Shown: positions 49,175 to 59,448 of the stretch, piece by piece
Position numbering within the stretch: the first letter of the stretch is position 1
Layout of the letters: every line of letters begins with the position of its first letter
Source: an uncultured Gammaproteobacteria bacterium
Lineage (GTDB): Bacteria > Patescibacteriota > Patescibacteriia > Buchananbacterales > UBA6539
Length of the DNA: 64,000 bases
Direction of reading: 5' to 3'
NCBI GenBank assembly: GCA_964540635.1
Contig: CAZINP010000005.1
Coordinates: forward strand, 24,890 to 88,889
Translations under genes and position numbers: made by a program
Notes under the pieces: generated by a model
Databases searched by the model: none
What the model was told of the DNA's origin: nothing
The model's input: the letters and a program-made list of their open reading frames with translations, nothing else

Positions 49175-50115
49175 AGGGTGGTTATCGGGCGCGATTGAGT
49201 TATATAAAACTTTCCTCCTGCCATTGCCCACTCAATATCTTGGGGTTTTTTATAATGTTTTTCAATAACCAAACAAATCTTGGAAAACTCAATAATCTGT
49301 TTAGTGTTGAGTTTTTGATTTTCTCTTTCTGATAATAAAACTTTTTTCCAAACGTTACCGCCGGCCACTTTTTTAACAAGCATCTTTTCCTGAGATGAAA
49401 TATTTATATCCATTATGGAAAAATTTCTTTTATCAATCACATAACTGTCAGGCGTTATCTGCCCGGAAACAATTGCTTCACCTAAACCAAAGCCGGCCTC
49501 AATTATCATTTGATTTTTATCCTTGGTAACCGGATGAACGGTAAATGATATGCCGGAAATTTCTGAATCAATCATTTTCTGCACCACCACCGCAACGGAC
49601 ACTTTTGAATTTCTTAAACCTTTTTCAAAACGATAAAATATTGCCCGTGGCGTAAACAAAGAAGACCAACAATTCTTAACTCTACCCAATAGATTTTTTT
49701 CCGTGGTATTAAGATACGTTTCCAACTCCCCCGCCCAACTTGCCTGAGAAGAATCCTCGGCCGTTGCCGAAGAGCGTACAGCCACAAATTTTGACTTCAT
49801 TTTTTTAAATTCTGAAATAATTTCCATTCCAAGATCTTTTGGTATTCTGGCATCATGAATCAAGTCACGAATAGTTTCAGAAGCTTTTTCAACAGAGTTA
49901 ATATTTTTATAATTAATTTTATTCAATTGCGATTCGATTTCTATATTCAAATCGGTTTCGGCTAAAAATTGGTCAAAAGTCTGAGCCAAAATCACAAAAC
50001 CGCCTGGAACCGGGATTTTTGCTTGGGTCATTTCACCCAAAGACGCGCCCTTGCCACCGGCCAATTTTACATCTTTTTTTGAGATTTTTCCAAATGACAA
50101 AATATTTTTTGACAT
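49171..50115 (-). CDS. Stand-alone PPDK_N-type ATP-grasp (nucleotide-binding) domain protein
   Basis: Start set at [29 protein letters not shown] (PEP synthase/PPDK N-terminus); ends ...[10 protein letters not shown] at the canonical domain boundary; no His or TIM-barrel domain. Confidence 0.7.
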   Translation of the reverse strand: MSKNILSFGKISKKDVKLAGGKGASLGEMTQAKIPVPGGFVILAQTFDQFLAETDLNIEIESQLNKINYKNINSVEKASETIRDLIHDARIPKDLGMEIISEFKKMKSKFVAVRSSATAEDSSQASWAGELETYLNTTEKNLLGRVKNCWSSLFTPRAIFYRFEKGLRNSKVSVAVVVQKMIDSEISGISFTVHPVTKDKNQMIIEAGFGLGEAIVSGQITPDSYVIDKRNFSIMDINISSQEKMLVKKVAGGNVWKKVLLSERENQKLNTKQIIEFSKICLVIEKHYKKPQDIEWAMAGGKFYITQSRPITTL

Positions 50116-50119
50116 AATA

Positions 50120-51559
50120 TTAATACCCTTGAGGCTCCCCATCTTTAATTAAATTAAAATTACTACCATCATCTCGGCGGCAATCAACGTTAATTGAATC
50201 CATTACAATAAAATCACAATGAACCTTGGCTTGATTAAAACTTGGATGATTTTTTGGTACCCCAAGCGATCCATTACTGCCAACAGCCACATGAATAGTG
50301 CCATAAATTTTTTCACCTTCACTTGAGCCAATGTCGTTATCTGCTTTATTACGACACGCCATTGTATTCGTGCCAATACCCAATTCGGCCAAACGATAAG
50401 CTTGATTTGATTCATTGTTCCCGCCGTTTAGATATCTTTTTATTGATTCAACAAGCGGGTTACCGGAATCTTGATTGATGGGTGAATTATTTATTTCCAC
50501 AACTTCGCCCTCTTTAATTTTTAAAACAACAGGACCATATTGCTTAACTTGATCTAACATATGTTCACCTCCAATTGGTCCGTTTACAACCAACACCCCA
50601 TTGCTACCGGCCCAATCGGGCGAACAGGCCCATTCGCCAATCGGATAATTTCCCATTGCGCCTGGCTGCGAAAAATCCTCGCCTGAACCGCTCTTGGTTT
50701 CATCTATCAATTCCAACCAAAGATCTGTCCCTTCCGGCGAAGTAAGATGAACGCTTCTAACGTCTTTCATTAATTTATCAATCTTTTCATTTCTTTCCAA
50801 TATAGCCTCCACCGACTCCTCCACGGCCCCCTTTGTCAGAATCTCATGCGGATTTTTACCTTTAGTGATAGATATTAATCGGCAACTATTTTTTTTGACA
50901 TAATTTTTTAGCTTTTCCCACTGTTCATCAGTTAACTCGTCCCCTAAATTTTCTAAATTACCTTTCGCCTTCGCTCCGGCCAAGGTCTGGTTTATTTTTT
51001 CGCGCTCAGGCAATCCGCCGCGAATAGCTGCCCCGGTCTCACGCGAATGAGAACGCGACATCGAGGTTAAAATCAGAATGGGTGAATTATTTTGATTTTC
51101 CATTTCCGATAATAAATAATCGCCCATATCTTCAGCCGAACGCTGAGTTTCGGGCAAAACTCTTATTCTAAAATTTCCCTTTGTTTTTTGAGACAAATCC
51201 GTTCTGAAGATTAACTCATTTTGGATAGCACTAATGAGTTCAGGCTGAGACTCAATCACCCCGATATCGGTTACAACCATCATACTTTCTTTTTTTGGAT
51301 TGAACCCAAAGGAATTAATAATGTTTCTAGCAACCACCGTCATTCTTCTTTTTATCTCCCGCTGTTCCCCAGTCATTTCTTTTGGCTCATCAACCAAAAC
51401 CTCGTGAGTAAAATCCGAACGACCATCTTGACGATTTTTCAACCCTAAAAGCTTCTGATGCAATTGTCGAGTTTGCGCGCTTGTTTCTTGATCTGGATTA
51501 TATCCAGCTTGCTGCAACTCCTCTGGGGAATTTTGATAAAAGAAATCTTTTAATCTCAT
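50120..51559 (-). CDS. Aminopeptidase, peptidase M29-like (AmpS/aminopeptidase T family)
   Basis: Start set at MRLKDFF; C-terminal LAELGIGTN...GEKIYGTIHVAVG...HCDFIV resembles the M29 LGEVAL...DENASCHLAIG metal-site region; my recollection of the family motif is approximate. Confidence 0.45.
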   Translation of the reverse strand: MRLKDFFYQNSPEELQQAGYNPDQETSAQTRQLHQKLLGLKNRQDGRSDFTHEVLVDEPKEMTGEQREIKRRMTVVARNIINSFGFNPKKESMMVVTDIGVIESQPELISAIQNELIFRTDLSQKTKGNFRIRVLPETQRSAEDMGDYLLSEMENQNNSPILILTSMSRSHSRETGAAIRGGLPEREKINQTLAGAKAKGNLENLGDELTDEQWEKLKNYVKKNSCRLISITKGKNPHEILTKGAVEESVEAILERNEKIDKLMKDVRSVHLTSPEGTDLWLELIDETKSGSGEDFSQPGAMGNYPIGEWACSPDWAGSNGVLVVNGPIGGEHMLDQVKQYGPVVLKIKEGEVVEINNSPINQDSGNPLVESIKRYLNGGNNESNQAYRLAELGIGTNTMACRNKADNDIGSSEGEKIYGTIHVAVGSNGSLGVPKNHPSFNQAKVHCDFIVMDSINVDCRRDDGSNFNLIKDGEPQGY

Positions 51560-51566
51560 AAATTTA

Positions 51567-52388
51567 TTACTTCGTATTGCATAATGCCACGGCGTGAACA
51601 ATATGCCAAAAATAATCTTTTTCATTTCTCGTTCCGTCTTCGTAGACCACACCCATATCCAAATAGTTTGCCGAAAGAAACATCCAACCACCCAAATAAA
51701 TTAACGATTTAGCCCAAGAGTTGCCGACAATGCCGGTAGAGGGAACAATTAAATTGCAACCTTCCCAAACAGCTGTTTCGTATTCCATATAATACTCTTT
51801 CGTTTCATAGCCCTTTTTTAGCAAATACTCATTAAACTGTCTGCATTGTTCCGAAATCTCATCTAACATAGGAAATTTTCCGTGTTTACTGGAAGGCCTT
51901 AAAATCCCCATTACGGCAATTTTAGGTGTAATATTAAAATCTTCTTTCATGTGTTTAATAATCCTTTCAACCTCAAATATCTTATCTTCCAGCGTTAAGC
52001 CTTGATAAACTGAACATGTGGTAACAAAAAAATTAAAATCATCCTTGTTTAGAATAGCTGAAAAAACCTTACGATTGCTCGGTATCGGCTCCATTTCAAA
52101 TTGTTTGAAAAACACATCAAGCGTTGTAGAGTCCTTAGCCTGACCGCGCACAATACCGTCTATCTTTTTTTCTCTCAGAAGACTGATTAAAATTTCACTG
52201 GCCTTATCCTGATCAGGTTCAATAATATTTTCAAACCCGTCCACCTTTTGACCAATAGCTACCAGGTCGGCATATTCAGAGGCTTTTTTTAAACTTTCTA
52301 TGGTTTCCGGAATTGGTCTCATAATTACAATTCCAATTTTTCTTTTTTGTTTTTTAGCTTGTTCTAAAAATAATTCTTTAAAATTCAT
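51567..52388 (-). CDS. Phosphate acetyl/butyryl-transferase family-like protein (PTA_PTB fold, short)
   Basis: 273 aa; KIGIV...ADLVAIG...IDGIVRG and C-terminal NLIVPSTGIVGNSWAKSL resemble Pta/Ptb segments. Confidence 0.4.
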   Translation of the reverse strand: MNFKELFLEQAKKQKRKIGIVIMRPIPETIESLKKASEYADLVAIGQKVDGFENIIEPDQDKASEILISLLREKKIDGIVRGQAKDSTTLDVFFKQFEMEPIPSNRKVFSAILNKDDFNFFVTTCSVYQGLTLEDKIFEVERIIKHMKEDFNITPKIAVMGILRPSSKHGKFPMLDEISEQCRQFNEYLLKKGYETKEYYMEYETAVWEGCNLIVPSTGIVGNSWAKSLIYLGGWMFLSANYLDMGVVYEDGTRNEKDYFWHIVHAVALCNTK

Positions 52389-52399
52389 ATTTGAATTTA

Positions 52400-53833
52400 T
52401 TATTTAATAATCTTTACTGTTCCGTTATTGGCATTTACTTCAACCAAATCACCGTCTGATAAGACTTTAGTGGCAATTTTGGTGCCAATTACGCAAGGGA
52501 TGCCAAGCTCTCGCGCCACGATTGCGGCATGGCAAGTTATCCCTCCGTCATCAGTAATAATCGCAACGGCTTTTTTCATGGCAATAAGGTGCTCCGGTCT
52601 GGTCATGGGAGAAACGAGTATGTCACCAGACTTAACCTTTTTAACATCATCAATACTTCTAACAATCTTAACTGTTCCCTTGGTCATCCCGATATTAGCC
52701 ACAAAACCCTTTAGCAATTTGATGTCCTTAGTCTTAACCCTACTTATCGCCTCAAAGAATGATTCAGCCTTTTTACCAACAAAGATTTCTTGGATTTTAC
52801 CTTTTTTATATACAAATATGCAACCTTTCATTCGCTCTTTCAAACGCAAAAGTGGAAACTTACCCGCTAAAATCTTGGGCAATTCATCTGACTTGCAATA
52901 ATCCAACAAATCTCGACTAATGCCTCTTCTTCTTGAAATTTCACTTAAAATCTTATCTAGCAAAGTAACAAATGTTAAAGTATATTCTTTGCGCAAATCC
53001 TGCCATTTTGTAAAAGTCTCTGCTAATTCCGAAAAAGAAATAATTTCAGGTGTAAATTTGTATTTTTTTATTAAAGCATTTTTTTGCGCTTTAATTTTTT
53101 TAAAATCAATTTTTTTAAAACCATCATTTAACATTTTTATTTCTTCCAAGGCCATTTTTTTGGTATAAGGAATGTAACCAACGTAACTGCTTTTTAGCCA
53201 GGCGTAATTTAAAAGATGGCGACTCAAAGCTTTATTGAATTTTTCTTTATCTTTGATTAATGAAATTTTTTTCAATTCAATCCTCTCTCTGGCAATAAAA
53301 GATAATTCGGTAGGCGCTGATAAAAGAGAATATATTTTTTGATATTCTTTAATGCCCTTTTTATTGCAAAAATTTTTTAATATATAATCTAAACGACTAT
53401 CAGCGTAAAACATAAACCCATCAAGAAATCCCGGCATTGAAATCTCATAACGATAAAAATTATAAATTCCTTGAGTCCATTCCAACAACTCATCATTTGA
53501 TAAGTCACTGAGATTAACGGAAAAAGATTTTTGAAAATTTTCCATCAATTTTGGGTATTTCTCAACCCAAGTTCCATACAGCTTCAATATTTCATTTTTA
53601 TTTTTCATGTATCGAGTAACAATAAAAGAACCAATTTCTTTGTGCTGCCTTGAAGTTGTCAGCCAGTCACCTTGTCCGTTTTTATAATAAGAGATACAAA
53701 ATGAATAAGCCAAAAAACTTGAATCATAAAGCTTGCTCGTGAAACCGGCCCCGGTCATCTCAGTTAAAGCGGGAACACCGTTGAAATGTTCAATATAAAA
53801 TTTTATTTTTTTTAATCTGTTTAAATTAACCAT
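52400..53833 (-). CDS. PEP-utilizing-enzyme mobile domain protein, paralog B
   Basis: Start set at MVNLNRLKK; C-terminus [21 protein letters not shown]. Confidence 0.65.
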   Translation of the reverse strand: MVNLNRLKKIKFYIEHFNGVPALTEMTGAGFTSKLYDSSFLAYSFCISYYKNGQGDWLTTSRQHKEIGSFIVTRYMKNKNEILKLYGTWVEKYPKLMENFQKSFSVNLSDLSNDELLEWTQGIYNFYRYEISMPGFLDGFMFYADSRLDYILKNFCNKKGIKEYQKIYSLLSAPTELSFIARERIELKKISLIKDKEKFNKALSRHLLNYAWLKSSYVGYIPYTKKMALEEIKMLNDGFKKIDFKKIKAQKNALIKKYKFTPEIISFSELAETFTKWQDLRKEYTLTFVTLLDKILSEISRRRGISRDLLDYCKSDELPKILAGKFPLLRLKERMKGCIFVYKKGKIQEIFVGKKAESFFEAISRVKTKDIKLLKGFVANIGMTKGTVKIVRSIDDVKKVKSGDILVSPMTRPEHLIAMKKAVAIITDDGGITCHAAIVARELGIPCVIGTKIATKVLSDGDLVEVNANNGTVKIIK

Positions 53834-53837
53834 ATTA

Positions 53838-55292
53838 TTAATTAAGTTTGACAACAAATCCGCGGTCACAATCGACTTTTACCCGATCGCCACTTTTGAG
53901 TAGCTGTGTCGCAACCTTTGCACCAACAATGCAAGGAATATTTAATTCACGCGAAACAATAGCTGCGTGGCAAGTCATTCCGCCTTCATCGGTAATTAAG
54001 GCCTTAGCCTTTTTAATTCCAACGATAAACTCGGGCGAAGTCATTGAAGTGACCAAAATATTGCCTTTTCTCATCTTACCCACCTCTCTGGCGGTCTTAA
54101 CAACACTAACCCGACCGATTAAATTCTTACCGCCGCTCACCACCACCCCTGTAATTTTTTCTTGTTTCTTGTTAACAGTGATATTTTGATATTTTTTAAA
54201 GATAGCTTTGGCCTTATTCCCCGAGATATAAACTGATTTATTCAAATTCTCGGAATATAAACTCATGAAAAAATTTGACCGTTTTAAAATCTCTGAGTCC
54301 GAAATTTTTTTACCACCTTTAAGCAACAAGTCTAAATCGTTTATTGTATAAAAAGGCAAATCTCTAGGACTGACGCTAAATCTTTCTGCGCTTTCATATA
54401 AAAACAAATCAATATAATGATTTGCCAAAAATATATAATATTTTCGTAGATCTTGCCACCAGACACAAAAAGCAAGGCGGTTAGAAATTTTCACAATCTC
54501 TTTGGAAATTTTGTATTTATTGATTAAAAAATTTTTTTCTTTTTTCACTTTATTCCCATAGTTCTCTAATTCAATAATTTTTGATTTAACGCTTTTGGAA
54601 GGAATGTCTTTAAGCTCGGCTAAAAAATATTTTTCATCCAAAATTTGAGTGTGATGATAGCTATTTAATATCCAAAAATATTTATCCAAATATTTTTTTA
54701 TTTTAGAAGCAAATTCTTTCTTGCCCAGGTAAGGATAAATTTTTAGCAAATCAAGGTTGGCCTTTTGGTAAAAAGAAAGTTTATCGGGCGCGGAAAGCCT
54801 TTCATACAAAAATGTAAAATTTTTTGACGTGGCAACTTCCTCTAATTTTTCTCGCAAGATTACTTCCCCGCCCCAATTTGAAATCTCCGGCAAAAACCCG
54901 ACTCGCCAAAACTCCAAATAATATTTTTCCCATTTTTTATAGACAAGATAAAAATCTCTTTGACTTAAAGACTTTAAACTCCTGGGAGTAATTTTTTTTT
55001 GGAAAGCTAGATATTGCTTAAGCTGATTTTGCCATTGACGATAATATCTCTTAAATTTTTTATCGTTTAAAACGAATCGATTAAAATTTTTTTTGCCGCT
55101 TTCAATCAGCGCCTCTTGGTCAAGAGTATAAATTGATTTCTCGCGAAAATAAAAACCGAGGCAATCCGGCCAAGAAACAAATTCTGGCGAATATAAAGCA
55201 AACGCCTCGGTAAAAAAATTAAGATATAAAATTTTTGCGTCTATTGGGCCCCACCTAAACAAGTCGTTTTTGGGGTTTATATTTATTTTCAT
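53838..55292 (-). CDS. PEP-utilizing-enzyme mobile domain protein, paralog C
   Basis: 484 aa; C-terminus GGMTCHAAIVSRELNIPCIVG. Confidence 0.7.
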   Translation of the reverse strand: MKININPKNDLFRWGPIDAKILYLNFFTEAFALYSPEFVSWPDCLGFYFREKSIYTLDQEALIESGKKNFNRFVLNDKKFKRYYRQWQNQLKQYLAFQKKITPRSLKSLSQRDFYLVYKKWEKYYLEFWRVGFLPEISNWGGEVILREKLEEVATSKNFTFLYERLSAPDKLSFYQKANLDLLKIYPYLGKKEFASKIKKYLDKYFWILNSYHHTQILDEKYFLAELKDIPSKSVKSKIIELENYGNKVKKEKNFLINKYKISKEIVKISNRLAFCVWWQDLRKYYIFLANHYIDLFLYESAERFSVSPRDLPFYTINDLDLLLKGGKKISDSEILKRSNFFMSLYSENLNKSVYISGNKAKAIFKKYQNITVNKKQEKITGVVVSGGKNLIGRVSVVKTAREVGKMRKGNILVTSMTSPEFIVGIKKAKALITDEGGMTCHAAIVSRELNIPCIVGAKVATQLLKSGDRVKVDCDRGFVVKLN

Positions 55293-55320
55293 AATAAAAA
55301 TAAACTGCGCCCGATTACTT

Positions 55321-56643
55321 TTATTTTTTCTTCAATATCTCAAGCGCCTTATCTAGTTGCGGATCCTTGCTTGCATCCACATCTTCGCTGGTTAATTTCA
55401 CTTCAACATCGGGCTTTATGCCTTCATTATTTATGTTCTTTCCGCTGGGGGTAAGCCATTCGGCAATGGTTAATTTAACCGAACTGCCGTCGGGAAAGGT
55501 GCGCAAATCTTGAACCGACCCTTTGCCAAAGGATGTTTCACCGACAATTGTTGCCACACCGTAATCTTGCAAAGCCCCGGCCACAATTTCTGAGCCGGAA
55601 GCGCTGCCGCCGTTAATCAAAACAACGGTTGGAATGCCGGCCAAACGAGCCTGCCTTTCGGAATTATGGCCAATAACCTGCCCACTTCTTAACCTCTCGG
55701 AAACAACTGTTTTACCATTAACCCAATCACCGGCAATCTCAATCGCGGTCGTTAGAAAACCGCCCGGATTATTTCTTAGGTCTAAAATGATGCCATCGGG
55801 CTTTTTCTCAATTACGCTCAAAATTGTCTTATTCCAATCACCTAAAGTATTCTCATTAAAATAAAGAAGTTCGACATAAGCAATATTGCCATCCAGCATT
55901 AACCCGTCTTTATCTGGACCTTCATTGTTTACATTTTTAAGCGACTCAACCTTTGTTTCCCCGGAAAACTTAACACTATCAATTTCAATTTTTGATCTGA
56001 CAATTTCAATATCTTTTGTTTTTTCATCATTTGCCGGCAAGATCGTCAATTTAACTTTTGTACCCTTCGTCCCACGAATTATACTGACGGCGTAATCCAA
56101 GGCCATATTGGAAGAATCCTGGCCGTCAATGGCAAGTATTTTATCCCCCGCCCTTAGTCCGGCTTTTTCGGCCGGTGTATTTGGCAAAGGTGAAATTATG
56201 GTAATAACATTATCTTTCATACCAATTTCAGCACCAATCCCTTCAAAACTGCCGGACAAATCATCATCAAATTTCTTGGAAATTTCCGGATTAAAAAATA
56301 CAGAATATGGATCGCCCAAAGAACTAACCATTCCTTCCAGCGCACCATAAAACAATTTAGTGTCAGAAACGTCTGATTTGACATAATTCTCTTTGACATA
56401 TTTCCAAACCTGCCAAAACTCCTGAAAATCAACATCTTCCGATAAATAATCCGGATTTTTTGTTTGCTGATTTAAAACCGCTCCGCCGGTTTGGTTTTTT
56501 TGCAACTGATGTTGAGATTGCAAATTACCAAGTACCAAACCAAAAATAAAAACCAAAACAATCAAGGCGGAAAGCAAATATCCGCTGATAATTTTTTTAG
56601 ACGGTTGCGTTTTAATTTCTTTTATTTTATGGAAAATTTTCAT
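55321..56643 (-). CDS. ctpA: Carboxyl-terminal processing protease (S41 family, with PDZ domain)
   Basis: 440 aa; N-terminal TM, PDZ (GLRAGDKILAIDG), S41 catalytic region GIILDLRNNPGG...SASGSE. Confidence 0.85.
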   Translation of the reverse strand: MKIFHKIKEIKTQPSKKIISGYLLSALIVLVFIFGLVLGNLQSQHQLQKNQTGGAVLNQQTKNPDYLSEDVDFQEFWQVWKYVKENYVKSDVSDTKLFYGALEGMVSSLGDPYSVFFNPEISKKFDDDLSGSFEGIGAEIGMKDNVITIISPLPNTPAEKAGLRAGDKILAIDGQDSSNMALDYAVSIIRGTKGTKVKLTILPANDEKTKDIEIVRSKIEIDSVKFSGETKVESLKNVNNEGPDKDGLMLDGNIAYVELLYFNENTLGDWNKTILSVIEKKPDGIILDLRNNPGGFLTTAIEIAGDWVNGKTVVSERLRSGQVIGHNSERQARLAGIPTVVLINGGSASGSEIVAGALQDYGVATIVGETSFGKGSVQDLRTFPDGSSVKLTIAEWLTPSGKNINNEGIKPDVEVKLTSEDVDASKDPQLDKALEILKKK

Positions 56644-56647
56644 AAAA

Positions 56648-57952
56648 TTAATCTATTTTTTCAATCCCCGCGCCAACCTTAGAAAGACGACGACAAAGAT
56701 CTTCGTAACCTCGTTCAATTGAATAAACACTATGCAAAGTTGATTTTCCCTTTGCCGCCAACATTCCCACTAAAATTGTGGTTGAAGGTCGAAGCGCCGG
56801 CGGGCAAATTACATCGGCTGCCTTGAGTTTTGTCGGACCGGAAATATAAACACGATGAGGATCAGCCAGATCAATCTTAGCACCCAATCGATTTAACTCC
56901 GTATAATAAATAGCACGATTTTCGTAAACCCAATCAAAAATCATAGTTCGCCCTTTTGCCTGAGTGGCAATGGGAACAAAAAACGGCAAATTATCAATAT
57001 TTAAACCCGGGTATGGTCTGGCATAAATCTTTTCCTCCAAGGCAACCAATTTACTGGGAAAAGTTTTAATATCAACCAGCTTAGTCTTACCATTTCTGGC
57101 CAAATAGCGTTTCAAAATTTTATAGCGCCAACCCATCTTTTCCAATTTAAGCAACTCCAGATCCAAAAAATCAATTGGGCAGCGCTTAATCTCCAAAGAT
57201 GAATTGGTGGTAGCGGCGATACTGATAAAAAGCATCGACTCAATGGGATCCTCGGAAATGTAATAGACAATATCTTTCTTTAAAGATTTCTTTCCGTGTA
57301 TCTCCAAGGTGGTAGAGCCAATGCCGTCTATTTTAACGCCCAGTTCTTGCAGAAAAAAACACAACTCCTGGACTTGATAATTAGCCGAAGCCATCTTTAT
57401 AATGGTTCTGCCGGAGGCTTGAGCAGCCGCCATTAGAGCATTTTCGGTCGTGGTATCACCCGACTCATACATTACAAATTCTTTGCCGGCGCGAAATCCG
57501 GAAGCGTCAACTTGATAATATTTTGATAATGTTTTAATTTTGATGCCAAAATTCTCTAAGGCAAAAAGGTGTGGCGCCACCGTTCTTTTTCCCAAGCGAC
57601 ATCCACCGGGTTGCGGCACCAAAAATTTCTTCTGCCAAGAAATCATTGTGGCCAAAAGAAATAAAACACTTCTTGTTCTTATGGCTGATTCATAATTTAA
57701 TTTTTGTAAATTTATTTTTTTGGGTGGCTTAATTAGGATATCGACTTTATTAACCCATTTGACATCTACCCCCAAACTCTGTAAAACTTCAATAATACGA
57801 TAAACCTCTTCAATTCTGGCTACATTTTTTAACAAAGTTTTTCCTCTATTTAACAAAGCGGCATTTAATAAAACAACAGCCGCGTTCTTTGAAGTATTGG
57901 TTGTAAGGGTACCGGCAAGTTTCTTTTGGCCGGTAATCACGTATTTACTCAT
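56648..57952 (-). CDS. murA: UDP-N-acetylglucosamine 1-carboxyvinyltransferase MurA
   Basis: 434 aa; EPSP-synthase fold, conserved active-site loop region (KNAAV..LL, CRLGKR). Confidence 0.9.
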   Translation of the reverse strand: MSKYVITGQKKLAGTLTTNTSKNAAVVLLNAALLNRGKTLLKNVARIEEVYRIIEVLQSLGVDVKWVNKVDILIKPPKKINLQKLNYESAIRTRSVLFLLATMISWQKKFLVPQPGGCRLGKRTVAPHLFALENFGIKIKTLSKYYQVDASGFRAGKEFVMYESGDTTTENALMAAAQASGRTIIKMASANYQVQELCFFLQELGVKIDGIGSTTLEIHGKKSLKKDIVYYISEDPIESMLFISIAATTNSSLEIKRCPIDFLDLELLKLEKMGWRYKILKRYLARNGKTKLVDIKTFPSKLVALEEKIYARPYPGLNIDNLPFFVPIATQAKGRTMIFDWVYENRAIYYTELNRLGAKIDLADPHRVYISGPTKLKAADVICPPALRPSTTILVGMLAAKGKSTLHSVYSIERGYEDLCRRLSKVGAGIEKID

Positions 57953-58051
57953 AATGGAAATTTTATTATATATTTGGTAAAATTAATACAATTGAAATCA
58001 ATTGCATTATTCCTAATTCTACAATAAAATGCCTCTTAAGGCAAGTTTAAT

Positions 58052-59434
58052 ATGAAACTAAAATACCGCCGAATTTTATACTTATCTTTTATTACCGCTT
58101 TTATAATTATCACTCCCTTGGTTATACTTTACACGGCCGGATATGGGTACAATTTCAAGAAAGGACGGATTGAAAAAACGGGAATTTTATACGTGGACTC
58201 AAAACCAAAAGAAGCTGATATTTACATTAACGGTCAATTTTCCGGAAAGACCGACAAAAGGTTCCCGGCCATGCTGCCGGATAAATATCAGCTTGAAGTT
58301 AAAAAAAACGGTTATCATTCCTGGCAAAAAGAAATTGAAATAAAAAGTAACTTAACTGAATTTGCCGAAGATATAGTTTTATTTAAAGATGCCCTGCCTA
58401 TTAATTTGGTTGAGGGGCAAATCAAACTTTTTGTCGCCTCGCCCGATCAACGAAAGATTATTTATTCTTCGATTTCCAGTACAACCGAAGATCTTATAAT
58501 TATGGATCTTAAAAATAAATCAACTGAAAAATTAAAATCTTATAACCTTAAGAATAAACCCGAAATAGAATTTTTAAACTGCTCAACTGAAAAAAATCTA
58601 ATGGCTTTTAAAGTTATTTCTAATGATCCTGAATCTTATTTAATAGTCAACACCCAAACCAATATTACCAGCACTCTTTCAAACCCACCCAAGGATACAT
58701 TCTTGAATTTGGATTGGGGCCTGGACAAAGATGTTTTTCTTTATGGCCTAGGGCAAAAAGGATTGTACCGAATCGACCAATCCTCTCAAAAAACTGAATT
58801 GATCTTATCCGGCAATATTTTGAGTTTTACTTTTGATAAAAACACGCTCTTTTATATAACTCAAGAAAATGGCAATAATTATTTAAACAAAAAAGTTTTT
58901 GGAGTTAATGAATCCGAAAAATTAAATGATATAAAGAAAATAAAATTACCAATAAATTCAAATTTTTCTTTACGCAAATCTCCAAGTGGTTACATTACCC
59001 TCTTGGACAGACTCAGCCATGATCTTTTTATCATAAGTGATAAATCTTTTGAAAGCGAAGATATCGAAAATAATATAATATTACAAGACAAGGCCAATGA
59101 TTTAACTTGGTCTAAAGGTGGCGGACAAGTATTGTTCTATAATGATTTTGAGATTTGGACATATGATTTTTTATCTCAGCAAAAAAATTTATTAACCCGA
59201 TATGGTCAAATAATAAAAAAAGCAAGGTGGTATCCGGACAATAAATACGTTATATATCTTGTAAACAACAAGATTGGTACAATTGAAGCGAATTCTTCCA
59301 AAATTAAAAATGATACAATATTAGCCGAGATCTCGGAAATAAATGACTACGTTCTTGAAGACCGCGGTCAAGATTTATTTATACTTGGTCGAGCTGGAAA
59401 TAAAATTGGCACATACCAATTACAATTACAATAA
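58052..59434 (+). CDS. Membrane-anchored PEGA-domain protein with C-terminal beta-propeller-like region
   Basis: 460 aa; N-terminal TM, PEGA-type motif (SKPKEADIYINGQ), WD/TolB-like repeats downstream. Confidence 0.5.
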   Translation: MKLKYRRILYLSFITAFIIITPLVILYTAGYGYNFKKGRIEKTGILYVDSKPKEADIYINGQFSGKTDKRFPAMLPDKYQLEVKKNGYHSWQKEIEIKSNLTEFAEDIVLFKDALPINLVEGQIKLFVASPDQRKIIYSSISSTTEDLIIMDLKNKSTEKLKSYNLKNKPEIEFLNCSTEKNLMAFKVISNDPESYLIVNTQTNITSTLSNPPKDTFLNLDWGLDKDVFLYGLGQKGLYRIDQSSQKTELILSGNILSFTFDKNTLFYITQENGNNYLNKKVFGVNESEKLNDIKKIKLPINSNFSLRKSPSGYITLLDRLSHDLFIISDKSFESEDIENNIILQDKANDLTWSKGGGQVLFYNDFEIWTYDFLSQQKNLLTRYGQIIKKARWYPDNKYVIYLVNNKIGTIEANSSKIKNDTILAEISEINDYVLEDRGQDLFILGRAGNKIGTYQLQLQ

Positions 59435-59448
59435 AAAAAGCCACCTTC

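Noticed and set aside
47717-50142. Reading the ATP-grasp ORF and paralog A as one frameshifted RPH-like pseudogene
   Set aside because: The ATP-grasp ORF terminates exactly at the canonical domain end, and its TGA overlaps an in-context ATG (ATGA) that starts paralog A. This is typical of coupled separate genes. A sequencing frameshift remains the alternative and is listed under how to check.
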